Of a stretch of 62,143 bases of DNA, positions 38,572-48,503 are shown piece after piece. The translations under genes were made by a program, and so were the position numbers. How positions within the stretch are numbered: position 1 is the stretch's first letter; each line of letters starts with the position of its first letter. Source of the DNA: an uncultured Prevotellaceae bacterium (GTDB lineage Bacteria > Bacteroidota > Bacteroidia > Bacteroidales > Bacteroidaceae); NCBI GenBank assembly GCA_946541275.1, contig CAMNJH010000001.1, forward strand, positions 1 to 62,143, in the 5' to 3' direction. Under the pieces are notes generated by a model that saw only the letters and a list, made by a program, of their open reading frames with translations, had not been told where the DNA came from and did no database searches.

Positions 38572-40056
38572 TTAGTACTTTTCTTCTAGTTGCGTCTGCT
38601 CTTTCGTGAAGTAGTTCTTCTGGCTGTCGGTGACGATAATCACGCGGTCGCTTTGGCGCATGTAGGCCCCATCTAAGGTGAACTCGGCTTTGGCCCCATC
38701 ATAGTCGCCCAGGAACTTCATCGTTCCGTTGGCAGGGTTCATCACCCATGCCCGCTTCTTCGTGCCCGAAATTTTGCTCAGGTCCAGCTCCACGGGCTTG
38801 CCACTGTAGTTGTAGACCAGCATGAAGTCGTGGCCGCGCAGGGCTATGATGCGGTCATAGCGCAGTCCGTTCTGGCTGTTGATGACGCTCTGGTCGGGCT
38901 CGGCCTCGGTGTAGGGCAGGGCCAGCATTAGCCATTTCAGGTATTTCATCTGCTTGTAGCCAGGGTCGTTCATGGCATCCCACCAAGCTTTCTCAGCTCC
39001 AAACGAGGCCAGCACGCCAGGGCGCATGAACTGCATGATGCTGTTGTGACCGTAGGTGTGGCCCAGGCATCCGGCCAGCACGGCCCAGTAGGCATAGCGG
39101 CGCACGTCGTAGTCCTGCCAGCGGGGAGCTGAGAAGTCGTGCAGCCCCTGGGGTATGTCCTCGTATGAGGGCTCCCCGTCGATGACGGGTTTCTGCTGTC
39201 CCTTCACCTCACGGCGCAGTTCGATGTCGCTCCATCCGCTGCGGCTCATCTCCACAAAGCGCCAGTTGTCCTCCTCGGTGTTGTCCTTGATGGTGTAATC
39301 GCCGTCGCCATTGCGCTGCCCGTAGCGCCGATGCCCGCTCTGGAACATGTTGAAGTCCAGCCACTCACGGTCGTTGTACCACCAGGCGCTGGTGGTGCGG
39401 CCACGGGGGTGGAAGGTCATCAGGTGGTTCGGGTCGGCCTTCTTGATGGCTCGGGCCAGTGCATCCCACGACTCCATGCCCTTGTCGCCCATGATGTCGC
39501 CGCCAATCATCCAGATAATGTTGGGTTTGCCGGCATAGCGCTCGCCCAGGAATCGTCCGTATTGTGCTGCCTTGCTGGGCGTCATCTTCTCAATCTGTGA
39601 GCCCCAGATGCAGTCCATGGCTATATAGATGCCCTGCGAGGCGGCAAAGTCGACAATATAGTCCAGGTGCTCCCAGTAGCCATAGGACGTTTTATTGCTT
39701 GCCGATTTACTATTTGCAGAGGGCGTGTACTTGTCGAAGTTGAAACTGTCATCGTTGGCCTGCTGCCCATAGATGTTGAACGTGGGAATGGCGTTGAGCA
39801 CCTGTATCTGCTCCACATTGTACCCCTCTTCATGCTCGCGGGTCAGGTAGAACTCCACCTCGTCGCGGTTCAGCCGTTCAGGCATCAGCCACGACGTGTT
39901 TCCCAGCCAGAAGAACGGCGTCCCGTTTTCGTGCACCAGATAGCGCTGGTTGTCAGTCACCTTCAGCTGTCCGTTGTCCCACGGCTTGTACACTTTCGCG
40001 GCCTTAACACCGGATGAGGCCAGCGTCAGCAAGGCTATCAGCATCCATTTCTTCAT
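38572..40056 (-). CDS. Glycoside hydrolase family 140 (apiosidase; DUF4038 + C-terminal domain)
   Basis: RYLVHENGTPFFWLGNTSW, NIIWMIGGD, LMTFHPRG, LDFNMFQSGH, KPVIDGEPSYEDIPQGLH, GHTYGHNSIMQF. Confidence 0.88.
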   Translation of the reverse strand: MKKWMLIALLTLASSGVKAAKVYKPWDNGQLKVTDNQRYLVHENGTPFFWLGNTSWLMPERLNRDEVEFYLTREHEEGYNVEQIQVLNAIPTFNIYGQQANDDSFNFDKYTPSANSKSASNKTSYGYWEHLDYIVDFAASQGIYIAMDCIWGSQIEKMTPSKAAQYGRFLGERYAGKPNIIWMIGGDIMGDKGMESWDALARAIKKADPNHLMTFHPRGRTTSAWWYNDREWLDFNMFQSGHRRYGQRNGDGDYTIKDNTEEDNWRFVEMSRSGWSDIELRREVKGQQKPVIDGEPSYEDIPQGLHDFSAPRWQDYDVRRYAYWAVLAGCLGHTYGHNSIMQFMRPGVLASFGAEKAWWDAMNDPGYKQMKYLKWLMLALPYTEAEPDQSVINSQNGLRYDRIIALRGHDFMLVYNYSGKPVELDLSKISGTKKRAWVMNPANGTMKFLGDYDGAKAEFTLDGAYMRQSDRVIIVTDSQKNYFTKEQTQLEEKY

Positions 40057-40096
40057 GATTATTGTCTTTGTATTAGTAGTTCTGTAGTTTCGAGGG

Positions 40097-40104
40097 CAAA
40101 GTTA
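40097..40104 (-). promoter_or_regulatory. -7 promoter box for GH140
   Basis: caaagtta = TAACTTTG on -. Confidence 0.65.
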
Positions 40105-40178
40105 CGAAAAAAATCCGAAACAACAAAGCATATGCCCAAAAAACATGCAAGGGGTGCGAATGGCCAGCGCTTTATTCA

Positions 40179-40310
40179 TACGCGCATAACAAGTTGCTAC
40201 TGGCGCTATAGGGCGCTATAACCGATTGAGCAACAGTGTTTCCGGGAGCACATTGTCAGCATGTTATGTGTCCTGGTAGCACCGGTAGCATGTTGTATCC
40301 CTTATTATAA
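40179..40310. repeat. Degenerate, internally deleted copy (D) of the TGCTAC-arm element
   Basis: tgctactggcgcta...gctataaccgattgagcaacagtgtttccgggagca aligns with copy A left arm gctataatacgctgaataacagtgttttgtgggtgca; mirrored ggtagcaccggtagca at 40275-40290. Confidence 0.6.
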
Positions 40311-40342
40311 GGCAACAATCGTTTGTGCGCCCCTATAGCGTC

Positions 40343-43300
40343 TCAGAGCAGAATGTACTCCGTGCCCGGTCGTGTGTCCAGGTCGTAGAGGTAAGTCTTT
40401 GGTAGGGTGGGCAGGGCGATGGTGGCTTCAGGGCTGATGATGGGGCTGACGTCATCGGGCAGGGCGTAGGTAGGATTGGGGTTCTGCCCCTTGGCTTTCC
40501 TGAGCCCTTTTCCCTTCAGGGGGACGAGTGAGCGCAGGCGACAGACGCCGCCATTGGCTGAGCGCAGCACGGCATGGGTGAGCCGTCCGTCCTTCCACTG
40601 CAAGTCGAGCTCGAAACCACCGCGGGCCTTCAGTCCTTTCACGCTGCCGCTGGGCCACACGCTGGGCAGGGCGGGCAGCAGGTTAATGAAACCGTCGTGG
40701 CTCTGCAGCAGCATCTCGGCAATGCCTGCCGTGCAACCGAAGTTTCCGTCAATCTGGAAGGGCGGATGCGCATCGAACATGTTCGGATAGGTGCCGCCGG
40801 TCTGCTTGGTGGCTCCGAAGATGAGGAAGGTATCGGCGGTGAGCGTCAGCTGGTCCTGTATGAGCCGATAGGCATGGTCGCCGTCCAGCATTCGAGCCCA
40901 GGCACATACCTTCCAGCCCATCGACCATCCGGTTGAGGCATCGCCACGGGCGTTCAGCGATGTGCGGGCGGCCTGGCATAGCTGCGGAGTGCGATAGGGG
41001 GAAATGAGGTTCGACGGGTAGAGGCCATAAAGGTGTGAGAAGTGGCGGTGATGGTCATCGGGGTCGTCCAGGTCGTCAATCCATTCCTGCAGCTGTCCCC
41101 AGCGGCCTATCTGCATGGGCGGCAGCAGGCGCTGTTGCTGACTGAGCGTGTCGAGCAGCGTGTCATGGCGGCCCAGGATGCCGGCTGCCGTGCGTACCGC
41201 GCCATAGAGCTCTGCCAGAATCTGGTTGTCCATGGTCACGCCGGCATCCAGCGGGCTGGGGCGCCCCTTCCCGCCATGCTCGGGCGATTCGCCAGGACAG
41301 ATGACCAGCCAGCCCTTCGTGGGGTGCTCCACCAGGATTTGCGAGTAGAAGCGTGCAGCATCGAGCATGATGGGATAGGCTTGTCTGAGGAAGGCAGCAT
41401 CGCCGGTGTAGAGATAATGCTCCCACAGGTGGCGGCAGAGCCAGGCGGCGCCCGTGGGCCACAGGCCGCTGCTGGCGCGGTCGACGGGTCCGGTGATGCG
41501 CCATTGGTCGGTGTTGTGGTGCAGCACCCAGCCCTGTGCGCCATACATCTGCTGGGCTGTCAGCCGGCCGGTGGTGCTGACTTCGCGTATCAGGCGGAAC
41601 AGTGGGCCGTTCAGCTCGGTCAGGTTGCACACCTCGGAGGGCCAGTAGTTCATTTCCAGGTTGATGTTGGTGGTGTACTTCGAGTCCCATGATGGCAGCA
41701 TCTTCTCGTTCCACAGGCCCTGCAGGTTGGCTGGATTGATATTGTCGGGCTGTGATGATGAGATGAGCAGGTAGCGCCCAAACTGGAAATAGGTGGCCAC
41801 CAACTGATTGTCGGGGGCACCGCCGTTGGCTTCGCCCTGGCGCTGGGCAAACAGGGCTATGCGCTGGTTGGTGGGCACCTGTGGGTAGAGGTCGGGGCCC
41901 AGGTCTAGGCTGACGCGGTCATAATACTGGTGGTACAGCTGTTCATGGCGGGCCTTCAGCTGGTCGTAGGTTTGGGCCACGGCCTGGTGCAGCCGTTCGC
42001 GGGCCTGCTGCACCTCGTCGCCCGTGATGTCCTGATAGTCCACCACATTCGTGCCAATGGTGAGGTAGACGGTGGCCTCGTCGGCCCCTTTCACCGACAG
42101 TTGCCCGTCGGCCATGTTCACCGTGCCGCCTTTGGACTGGGCGGTGAGCAGTCCCATGAAGCGCACCTTGCCCTTCACGTTCTCATGCTTGGCCGAGACT
42201 CCCTGCAGGTAGGCGCAGTGCGCGGACAGCCCGCCGGCGGCGCTCAGCTGGCAGTTGCCCGTGAGTACATTGTCGTGGGGCGACGTCATGGAGGCGGTGA
42301 AGGTAAGCCGTCCAGGCTTAGAGGCCGACAGATGTACGGTTATGACCTTGCTGCCCAGTGGTGCTATTATCTCGCGCTGATAATCCACGTCGTCCACGGT
42401 ATAGGTCACCAGCGTGCGGGCGTTGTCAAGGTCGAGCTGTCGCTGGTAGTGGCTGTAGGCTGCATGGCCGGGCATGGCGATGTAAAGGTCGCCGAAGGGC
42501 TGGAAAGGCATGCCCATGTTCTGTCCGGCTCCAACGGGCATCACCTTTTGGTTGGCCAGGTCCAGGGCCTCCTGATACTTGCCCTCGAAGATGAGCTGGC
42601 GCACCTTGGGCAAGTATTCCCTGGCATCGGGGTTGCACACGCTGTTGGGCTGCCCAGCCCAGATGGTTTCTTCATTCAGTTGTATGCGCTCCACGCCCGG
42701 TGTCCCGAAGACCATACCACCCAGTGTGCCATTGCCTATGGGCAGGGCCTGCGTCCAGGTCTGAGCGGGGCGGTCGTACCATAGTCGGTAGCCTTGGTCT
42801 GTTGCTGCTGACATGGCAGTCGGCACCCTGCTCTTCATCAGTTCCTCGGGCTCTATGGTCACCTTGCTCTCGTCCACCATGCTGCGGTCCAGCTGGAACA
42901 CGTCGGCAAAGAATTCGTAGACGGCCTGCCGCTTGGAGGGGCCGAAGTCATGGCGCTCGTCGGGCAGGTGCACATTGCGCACCTGGCTCTTGGCATCGTA
43001 GAAGCCGAAGATGCGCTGTATGAAGGGATATTCCAGCTCGGGGTTGGTGCTGGTCCAGTCGCCGCCGTCGCTCACCAGCAACAAGGGGCGGGGGGCTATG
43101 ATGGCGGCCAGCTCGGCCTCGCAAGTGCCGCCGCCAGCCAGTTGTATGGGCATGCCGCTCTCACAGGGGCATCCGCCATCAAAATGGCTGGCCACGTGAA
43201 CCACGGGGGCCGACGCTGTGATGCGCGGGTCAAGCAGGCTGAGCAGCACGGTGTGTGTGCCGCCGCCACTGCCGCCATTGGCAGCTACGCGCGTTGTGTC

Positions 43301-44116
43301 AATATCGGTGCGGTGCGTCAGCATCCAGTCGAGCAGCTTCAGGCCGCAAGCCGCCTGGAACACATGGGCGCGGGCGGTGTGATGGTCACCCACCTCGGCG
43401 GCCGACTGTCCGTAGCCGTAGAGGTCGAAGTCCACGCAGATGGCACCCATGCGGGCCAGTGTGGCCAGGCGCTGTTGTTCGTCATCACGGTAGCGCGAGG
43501 GCCAGTGGCCGTCGGGGCAGATGATAAGGGGTTTCTTGCCCTTTTTCAGTGAGGTATAGATGGTGCCAAAGGCATGCTGGCCCGGCGTCAGCTCCAGACA
43601 GATGTTCTGCGTGGTATAGCCGTCGTGCTTCCTGACTTCTGAGAGCAGGGGCTGCGCGTCCTTCACGCAGGAATCTAGGAACTGGTCAATCTTCAGACGT
43701 TCGCGTACCTCTTTTATTAATAACGCGCGGCGCTGCTCCCACTGCTGGGAATCAGCATAGAGCCCCGACAGGTAATCAAGCATCTGGCGGCCGTCGTCGT
43801 CATGGCGCCGCGGATATTCGTAGCGCTTGATCTTGTAGAGATTACCACTTTGCTTCCACCAGTTCCAGTCGTAGTGCTTGCAGATGTTGTCGAGCGTCTG
43901 TTCCAGCGAATACGGACGGATGCGGAAGTCGGCGTAGGGCAGGGCGACGCCAGCGGTGTCGACATTGGCATCGAACTTGAACCTCACGCCGAAGCGCGTT
44001 GCCACGTCCTTCATCACATCGCTGACGGGGCGGGCGTACTGCGTCTCATAGGTCTGAGCGGTGCTGAACGATAACTGGCAAATGATAAATGATAGGCTTA
44101 GCCAGAGTCTTTTCAT
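40343..44116 (-). CDS. Fusion: alpha/beta-hydrolase carbohydrate esterase + GH95 (alpha-L-fucosidase/alpha-L-galactosidase)
   Basis: N-part GGSGGG nucleophile elbow and GGCPCESG; from ~42790 [60 protein letters not shown]; ATG 44116 preferred over TTG 44131. Confidence 0.88.
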   Translation of the reverse strand: MKRLWLSLSFIICQLSFSTAQTYETQYARPVSDVMKDVATRFGVRFKFDANVDTAGVALPYADFRIRPYSLEQTLDNICKHYDWNWWKQSGNLYKIKRYEYPRRHDDDGRQMLDYLSGLYADSQQWEQRRALLIKEVRERLKIDQFLDSCVKDAQPLLSEVRKHDGYTTQNICLELTPGQHAFGTIYTSLKKGKKPLIICPDGHWPSRYRDDEQQRLATLARMGAICVDFDLYGYGQSAAEVGDHHTARAHVFQAACGLKLLDWMLTHRTDIDTTRVAANGGSGGGTHTVLLSLLDPRITASAPVVHVASHFDGGCPCESGMPIQLAGGGTCEAELAAIIAPRPLLLVSDGGDWTSTNPELEYPFIQRIFGFYDAKSQVRNVHLPDERHDFGPSKRQAVYEFFADVFQLDRSMVDESKVTIEPEELMKSRVPTAMSAATDQGYRLWYDRPAQTWTQALPIGNGTLGGMVFGTPGVERIQLNEETIWAGQPNSVCNPDAREYLPKVRQLIFEGKYQEALDLANQKVMPVGAGQNMGMPFQPFGDLYIAMPGHAAYSHYQRQLDLDNARTLVTYTVDDVDYQREIIAPLGSKVITVHLSASKPGRLTFTASMTSPHDNVLTGNCQLSAAGGLSAHCAYLQGVSAKHENVKGKVRFMGLLTAQSKGGTVNMADGQLSVKGADEATVYLTIGTNVVDYQDITGDEVQQARERLHQAVAQTYDQLKARHEQLYHQYYDRVSLDLGPDLYPQVPTNQRIALFAQRQGEANGGAPDNQLVATYFQFGRYLLISSSQPDNINPANLQGLWNEKMLPSWDSKYTTNINLEMNYWPSEVCNLTELNGPLFRLIREVSTTGRLTAQQMYGAQGWVLHHNTDQWRITGPVDRASSGLWPTGAAWLCRHLWEHYLYTGDAAFLRQAYPIMLDAARFYSQILVEHPTKGWLVICPGESPEHGGKGRPSPLDAGVTMDNQILAELYGAVRTAAGILGRHDTLLDTLSQQQRLLPPMQIGRWGQLQEWIDDLDDPDDHHRHFSHLYGLYPSNLISPYRTPQLCQAARTSLNARGDASTGWSMGWKVCAWARMLDGDHAYRLIQDQLTLTADTFLIFGATKQTGGTYPNMFDAHPPFQIDGNFGCTAGIAEMLLQSHDGFINLLPALPSVWPSGSVKGLKARGGFELDLQWKDGRLTHAVLRSANGGVCRLRSLVPLKGKGLRKAKGQNPNPTYALPDDVSPIISPEATIALPTLPKTYLYDLDTRPGTEYILL

Positions 44117-44164
44117 AATCTTCTTTTCCAATTTTTTACGTTATTACGGTATCACGTCATTGCG

Positions 44165-47100
44165 TCATTGATGAAAGGAAATCTTTCCGATGTCCTTCCT
44201 GTTGGCCACGGGATGGCCGTCGACCATCAACGTCAGGCCCAAGCCCTGATGATAGCGCTGGCCCGTGCGGTCCCAGATGATGGTGAGCACATGGCCGCGA
44301 TAGCTGATGCCGTCCAGGCAGAAATAGTCCCAAACGCCAGCAGGCACCAGCGGTTTCACCACGATGCTGTCGTCCAGCTGAGGCCTGAGGCCCACCAGGC
44401 CAGTGATGACCAGGTCGTTGAAGGTGGAGTGGTTGTAATAGCGTGAACGCTCACGGTCGCCCATCAGCCAGGCGCCGGTTTTCTCATCCAGATACTCCCC
44501 GATGTAGGGCCGCCCGCGGTGATGCTGGCTTTCGGTGTAGAGCTTCATCTGGCGGAAGAAGACGGAGTCACCGATGCCGTGATTTTTGCCGGGATAGTTG
44601 TTCAGATAGTTGGCCAGTGCCGTGAGTGTCTGGCTGGTGGCGAAGGGCCAGATGGCCCCGTCCCATTCGCACTTGCCCACGCCGTGCGAGCGGAATTCAG
44701 GATGGCGGCGCTCGGCGGTGGTCAGGCCGTAGGGTGCTGAGAACCCCTGCTCATCCAGTAGCTGCTGCCAGGCTACGTCGTAATTCTGCTGGCCAGCAGT
44801 CATGTTGAAGTACCAGGGCAGGAAACCAATGGCCTCGCGTACTTGTGCCAAGGTGTCGCCGCGAAGGGTCTCGAAGAACTGGTGATCCCTGTTCCAGAGC
44901 TTATTCTCTATGAGGGCTTTCAGCGTGTCAGCCTTCAGCTCATAGCGCCGGGCCTTTTCATCCTCGCCCGTCAGACGGTTCATCCAGGCCAGTGCCTTGG
45001 CATTGCCATACATATAGCTGTTGATAGTGGGTCGTGCGTACTGCTTCTTACGGCCTCCGCTGATGCTCTCCTCCATGCCATCCTGCACGTCGCCCTGCCA
45101 GTAGAGTCCGCTAGGCAGTCGGTTGGTACGTTCCCAGCGGGCGAACTCCTCCTCCAGCCGGGGCTTCAGGAAGAGCAAGAAGGTAGTGTCGCCCTCCACC
45201 TGCCACAGCTGTTGCACAGCATAAGGGTTCCAGCTGGAGAACTTATTCATCTTCTCCATGGCCTGTCCGTTGTTGCCGTAGTACCATGTGCGCAGTATCT
45301 GGTGCAGATAGGTAGAGTCGCGCAGCCAGCGGCTCTCCATCACATGATGGCCAATGGCACAGGCTATGAGGTTGTAGCGGTCGGCATAGGAGCGTTGCAC
45401 CAGGAACTCGGTCATGCCATAGCCGGCGGGCGTGCGCTTGATGTGCTTGCGCAGTGTCCACCAGCGGTAGTAGTACATCTCGCGCATCTGCTCATCTGGG
45501 CAGTCGAAGAGGGGGATGTTGTGGTGCATCCATTCCGACGCCTCGGCGTTGGGGATGGTAGTCACAATGTTTTCGTCCTCCATGGTGTTGAAATGCTCGG
45601 CATAGTGGGCGAAGTCATCGTAGCTGAGGATGGCGGCTGAAGAGCTGTCGCCGACAGGGTGCGAGGTGACATTGGCAATGTGATAGACGGCCTTGGCATC
45701 ACGCTCGTCGGCGCGGGGCATGTCGAAGTCCTGGTCGGCAGGAGTGTCAATGTCGGGCTTTGCAAATAGGGGGCCGGTGCGGAAGATGATGCGCGAGATG
45801 CTGGCCACGGGCGTGTCGAACTGCCGCTCGCAAACTTTCTTATCGCCCAGGTAATAGGTGGCCCGATGGAGGGCTGTGGAGAGCACGGCGCGCAGATGAT
45901 AAACCTGTCCTGGCTCATAGCGCTTCAGGATGGTGCCGAAGCGAGCGCCGCCTTTCACCCTGATGACACCTGCAGAGTCCATGACAATGCGCGAGCACAC
46001 GGTGCCCTGGTCGTCGGCAAATTCGATGTCCAGTTCGCCGCAGTTGCTCTGTCCCATGTTCAAGTCGAAAGTCACTTCCAGCTCCTTCGTGTTGGGAATG
46101 ATGCGCTCAGCCTTGGCATAGTCGTATGGGTCGCTGTCGTGCAGGCTCAGCCATCCGTCTTTCAGCACGATGGGACACAGACGGGGCACGTAGAGATTCC
46201 AGTCGGTCAGGTCGGCCAGTTGTCCCTGCTGCGGGAAGGGCTGGGCATGTGAAGAGGCATTCAGCCGCACGGGCACGGGGATTCGCGACACCCACATGTC
46301 CTCCTTGTTATTAGAGTAGGTCACCCACAGACTGCTGTCCTTGGGCGTTCCGTTACCTTCCTGGATGCCCCGGGTGTACTGCGGGCCGTAGCTCTTGTAC
46401 TGTCCGCCATGACGCAGGGGTGTCACCTCGCCGTTCACCAGTGACAGGGTGGTATAGTCCAGTCCGTCCTGTGACAGACTGATGGCCAGGGGCCAACGGT
46501 ATTCTGAGGGGTTGTAGACCGTGGCATAGGTGCCATCGGTGAGGCGCTGCCCCCATATCTTTGCGTTTGAGGTGACGAATCCCGGTGCTCTGTCGCAGCC
46601 CAGCCGTCCACCGCCCATGTCCACCAGTCGCCAGGTGTTGCCGCCGTCGGCTGAGAGGCTGGTCACGGCGTGCTTCCACAGGGCCACCTTCCGCCCATCG
46701 GGTAGTGTATAGCCACTGAAGGCCTTGTAGGGCTTGTCCAGCGGAATCAGCTTCTCGCCGCGGTCGGCCTCCTCCACCCACTGCATACGCTGCATTGGGT
46801 CGGCCAGCATAGCGTCGACAGCCGCCACGAAAGCCTTGTCCTTGCTGCGCCGATAGTAAGGGTAGATAGTATTTTTCTCATTGAATCCGTGGTTGTAGTA
46901 GACAAAGTAGATGGGGCCCAGCGAGCCGTCGTCGTTCACCTGTCGCACCACGCGGCCTATGCCATTGCCGTCGTTGGGGTCGTCCTTGATGGTCAGGCAG
47001 ATGCCGTAATTGCCTGTGGCCAGCAGGATGGAGGGGTGGGGTGAATGGGAGGAACGCGCGGAATGGGAACTGTGCGAGCCATCGGCCACATACCAGCCTA

Positions 47101-48367
47101 CGCGCTGGTGCATCACGGCCTTCAGCTGATGGGCGGCGGGCAGGTCCTTTCCCTCCTTGACATAGCCCTCGGGCACTGGGTACTCAGGAAACAGCTCGGT
47201 GGGCTCGCTCCAGGTGTAGCCGTCGGTGCTGGTCTGCAGCATGGTCTTGCCCGGTGCCTCGTGCTCATGGCGTGGGTCGCTCAGGTAGTGCATATAGAAC
47301 TTTCCGTGCCAGTAGGCCATCATAGGCTGGTGATTATAGGTCCAGGGCTTTTCGCCGCGCATGGTCTGAATGGTGTGCACGCCTACTGCGGGCTTCAGTC
47401 CGCCGTCGTGGCGCTCAGGCCGGGCAATGGTGGCGCCACTGTAGTGCACCACATCACGATTGTACTTGATAAGTCCTTCCACCAGCTGTTCGTCGGCCAT
47501 GAAGACGGTGCCGTGCTTATGGCCTACGGGGAAGTTGACGGCCCCAGTCTGGTCCTGGAAGGTGAGAAAGTCGCGGGTGCGGTGTGCCCCGTAGATTTTG
47601 TGCTGGTAGCTGTCATAATAAATGTAGTACCAGTCGCCCACCTTGGCCGTGCTGGGACCTTCGGTGAAGCTCTCGGTAAAGGGCTCAGAGGCAGTGCTCC
47701 ACGGGCCATAGGGGGAGCGGGCGAAGGCCACCTTGATGTTGCGCATGGGGCGGGTATTGTCCTTCAGCACCATGACAAAGTCGTTCTTGCCGCGTTTCAC
47801 CAGCGTGGCGTCGATAACCGAGAAGCCGGGGTCGTAGAACAGCTGAGCCTTGCTGAAGGTGCGGAAGTCCTTGGTGGTGAGATAATACAAGCGATGGTTG
47901 TTCTTGTGGTCTTCCTGCCCGTCGGGGAAGAGGCCGGGCACGCACGATGCCCAGATGACCACGAACTGTCGCTTCTGGTCGTCGTAGAACAGCTCGGGTG
48001 CCCAGGTGTTCACCGTGGTGGTGTCCATGCCCGTGCTGATGAAGCGCTGCGGCGTCCAGTGAATCAGGTCTTTCGACGAGGAATAGCCGAATCCGCGGTC
48101 GCCGCGCCACGATGAGGTCCACACCAGGTGGAAGGTGCCGTCGGGGGCCTTCACTATGGAGGGGTCGCGCATCACCTGCTGTGTGCCCACGGCGGGGCGC
48201 AGGAAGACGCCCTGGATGGAATCCCATTTCAGACCGTCGTGGCTGAAGATGAACCGCAGCCCCTCCGTGGCCGGTTCGTGGAAGGAAGTGGAAACAAAGA
48301 TATCTTTCGACCAGCTCAGGGCAAAGCATGAAAAGATGGCCAGCAGTGTCAGTAGTCTTTTAGTCAT
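44165..48367 (-). CDS. Triple glycoside hydrolase fusion: GH43 (subfamily-18-like) + GH143-like + GH142-like
   Basis: N-part MRDPSIV/NTWAPELFYD/VIDATLV/TEGPS (GH43 propeller); middle HDGGLKPAVGVHTIQ, YNHQPMMAYW, GDG-like PNDGNGIGRVVR, YKSYGPQYTRGIQEGNG; C-part NIPLFDCPD, YYYRWW, DGMEESISG, CEWDGAIWPFATSQTL; ATG 48367 lies downstream of the -7 box. Confidence 0.8.
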   Translation of the reverse strand: MTKRLLTLLAIFSCFALSWSKDIFVSTSFHEPATEGLRFIFSHDGLKWDSIQGVFLRPAVGTQQVMRDPSIVKAPDGTFHLVWTSSWRGDRGFGYSSSKDLIHWTPQRFISTGMDTTTVNTWAPELFYDDQKRQFVVIWASCVPGLFPDGQEDHKNNHRLYYLTTKDFRTFSKAQLFYDPGFSVIDATLVKRGKNDFVMVLKDNTRPMRNIKVAFARSPYGPWSTASEPFTESFTEGPSTAKVGDWYYIYYDSYQHKIYGAHRTRDFLTFQDQTGAVNFPVGHKHGTVFMADEQLVEGLIKYNRDVVHYSGATIARPERHDGGLKPAVGVHTIQTMRGEKPWTYNHQPMMAYWHGKFYMHYLSDPRHEHEAPGKTMLQTSTDGYTWSEPTELFPEYPVPEGYVKEGKDLPAAHQLKAVMHQRVGWYVADGSHSSHSARSSHSPHPSILLATGNYGICLTIKDDPNDGNGIGRVVRQVNDDGSLGPIYFVYYNHGFNEKNTIYPYYRRSKDKAFVAAVDAMLADPMQRMQWVEEADRGEKLIPLDKPYKAFSGYTLPDGRKVALWKHAVTSLSADGGNTWRLVDMGGGRLGCDRAPGFVTSNAKIWGQRLTDGTYATVYNPSEYRWPLAISLSQDGLDYTTLSLVNGEVTPLRHGGQYKSYGPQYTRGIQEGNGTPKDSSLWVTYSNNKEDMWVSRIPVPVRLNASSHAQPFPQQGQLADLTDWNLYVPRLCPIVLKDGWLSLHDSDPYDYAKAERIIPNTKELEVTFDLNMGQSNCGELDIEFADDQGTVCSRIVMDSAGVIRVKGGARFGTILKRYEPGQVYHLRAVLSTALHRATYYLGDKKVCERQFDTPVASISRIIFRTGPLFAKPDIDTPADQDFDMPRADERDAKAVYHIANVTSHPVGDSSSAAILSYDDFAHYAEHFNTMEDENIVTTIPNAEASEWMHHNIPLFDCPDEQMREMYYYRWWTLRKHIKRTPAGYGMTEFLVQRSYADRYNLIACAIGHHVMESRWLRDSTYLHQILRTWYYGNNGQAMEKMNKFSSWNPYAVQQLWQVEGDTTFLLFLKPRLEEEFARWERTNRLPSGLYWQGDVQDGMEESISGGRKKQYARPTINSYMYGNAKALAWMNRLTGEDEKARRYELKADTLKALIENKLWNRDHQFFETLRGDTLAQVREAIGFLPWYFNMTAGQQNYDVAWQQLLDEQGFSAPYGLTTAERRHPEFRSHGVGKCEWDGAIWPFATSQTLTALANYLNNYPGKNHGIGDSVFFRQMKLYTESQHHRGRPYIGEYLDEKTGAWLMGDRERSRYYNHSTFNDLVITGLVGLRPQLDDSIVVKPLVPAGVWDYFCLDGISYRGHVLTIIWDRTGQRYHQGLGLTLMVDGHPVANRKDIGKISFHQ

Positions 48368-48393
48368 CGTTCTAAATAGTTTGTTGCTGCCCG

Positions 48394-48474
48394 CAAAGTT
48401 ACGGATTATTTTGCAAATAGTCAGCAATTTTTTCCACTTTTTTGCTGAATTATGGGAAAAAGTCTTTATCTTTG
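48394..48474. promoter_or_regulatory. Divergent -7 boxes for the triple-GH operon (-) and GH2 (+)
   Basis: caaagtta 48394-48401 and TATCTTTG 48467-48474. Confidence 0.7.
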
Positions 48475-48503
48475 CACAACTAATCTTGTACTAAAGCAGA
48501 AAA

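Noticed and set aside
15558-42262. Other possible repeat-derived peptide inserts (ERQPGGTGSLP in DPP7, TGDLQT in PL1, SANSKSASN in GH140, GNCQLS in GH95)
   Set aside because: Too short and degenerate, with no second copy in this window to support them.
48368-48427. N-terminal extension MLTICKIIRNFAGSNKLFRT of the 1420-aa ORF; likewise 59348-59407 for susD-2
   Set aside because: These overlap the -7 promoter box or the palindrome. Downstream ATGs (48367, 59408) give proper signal peptides.
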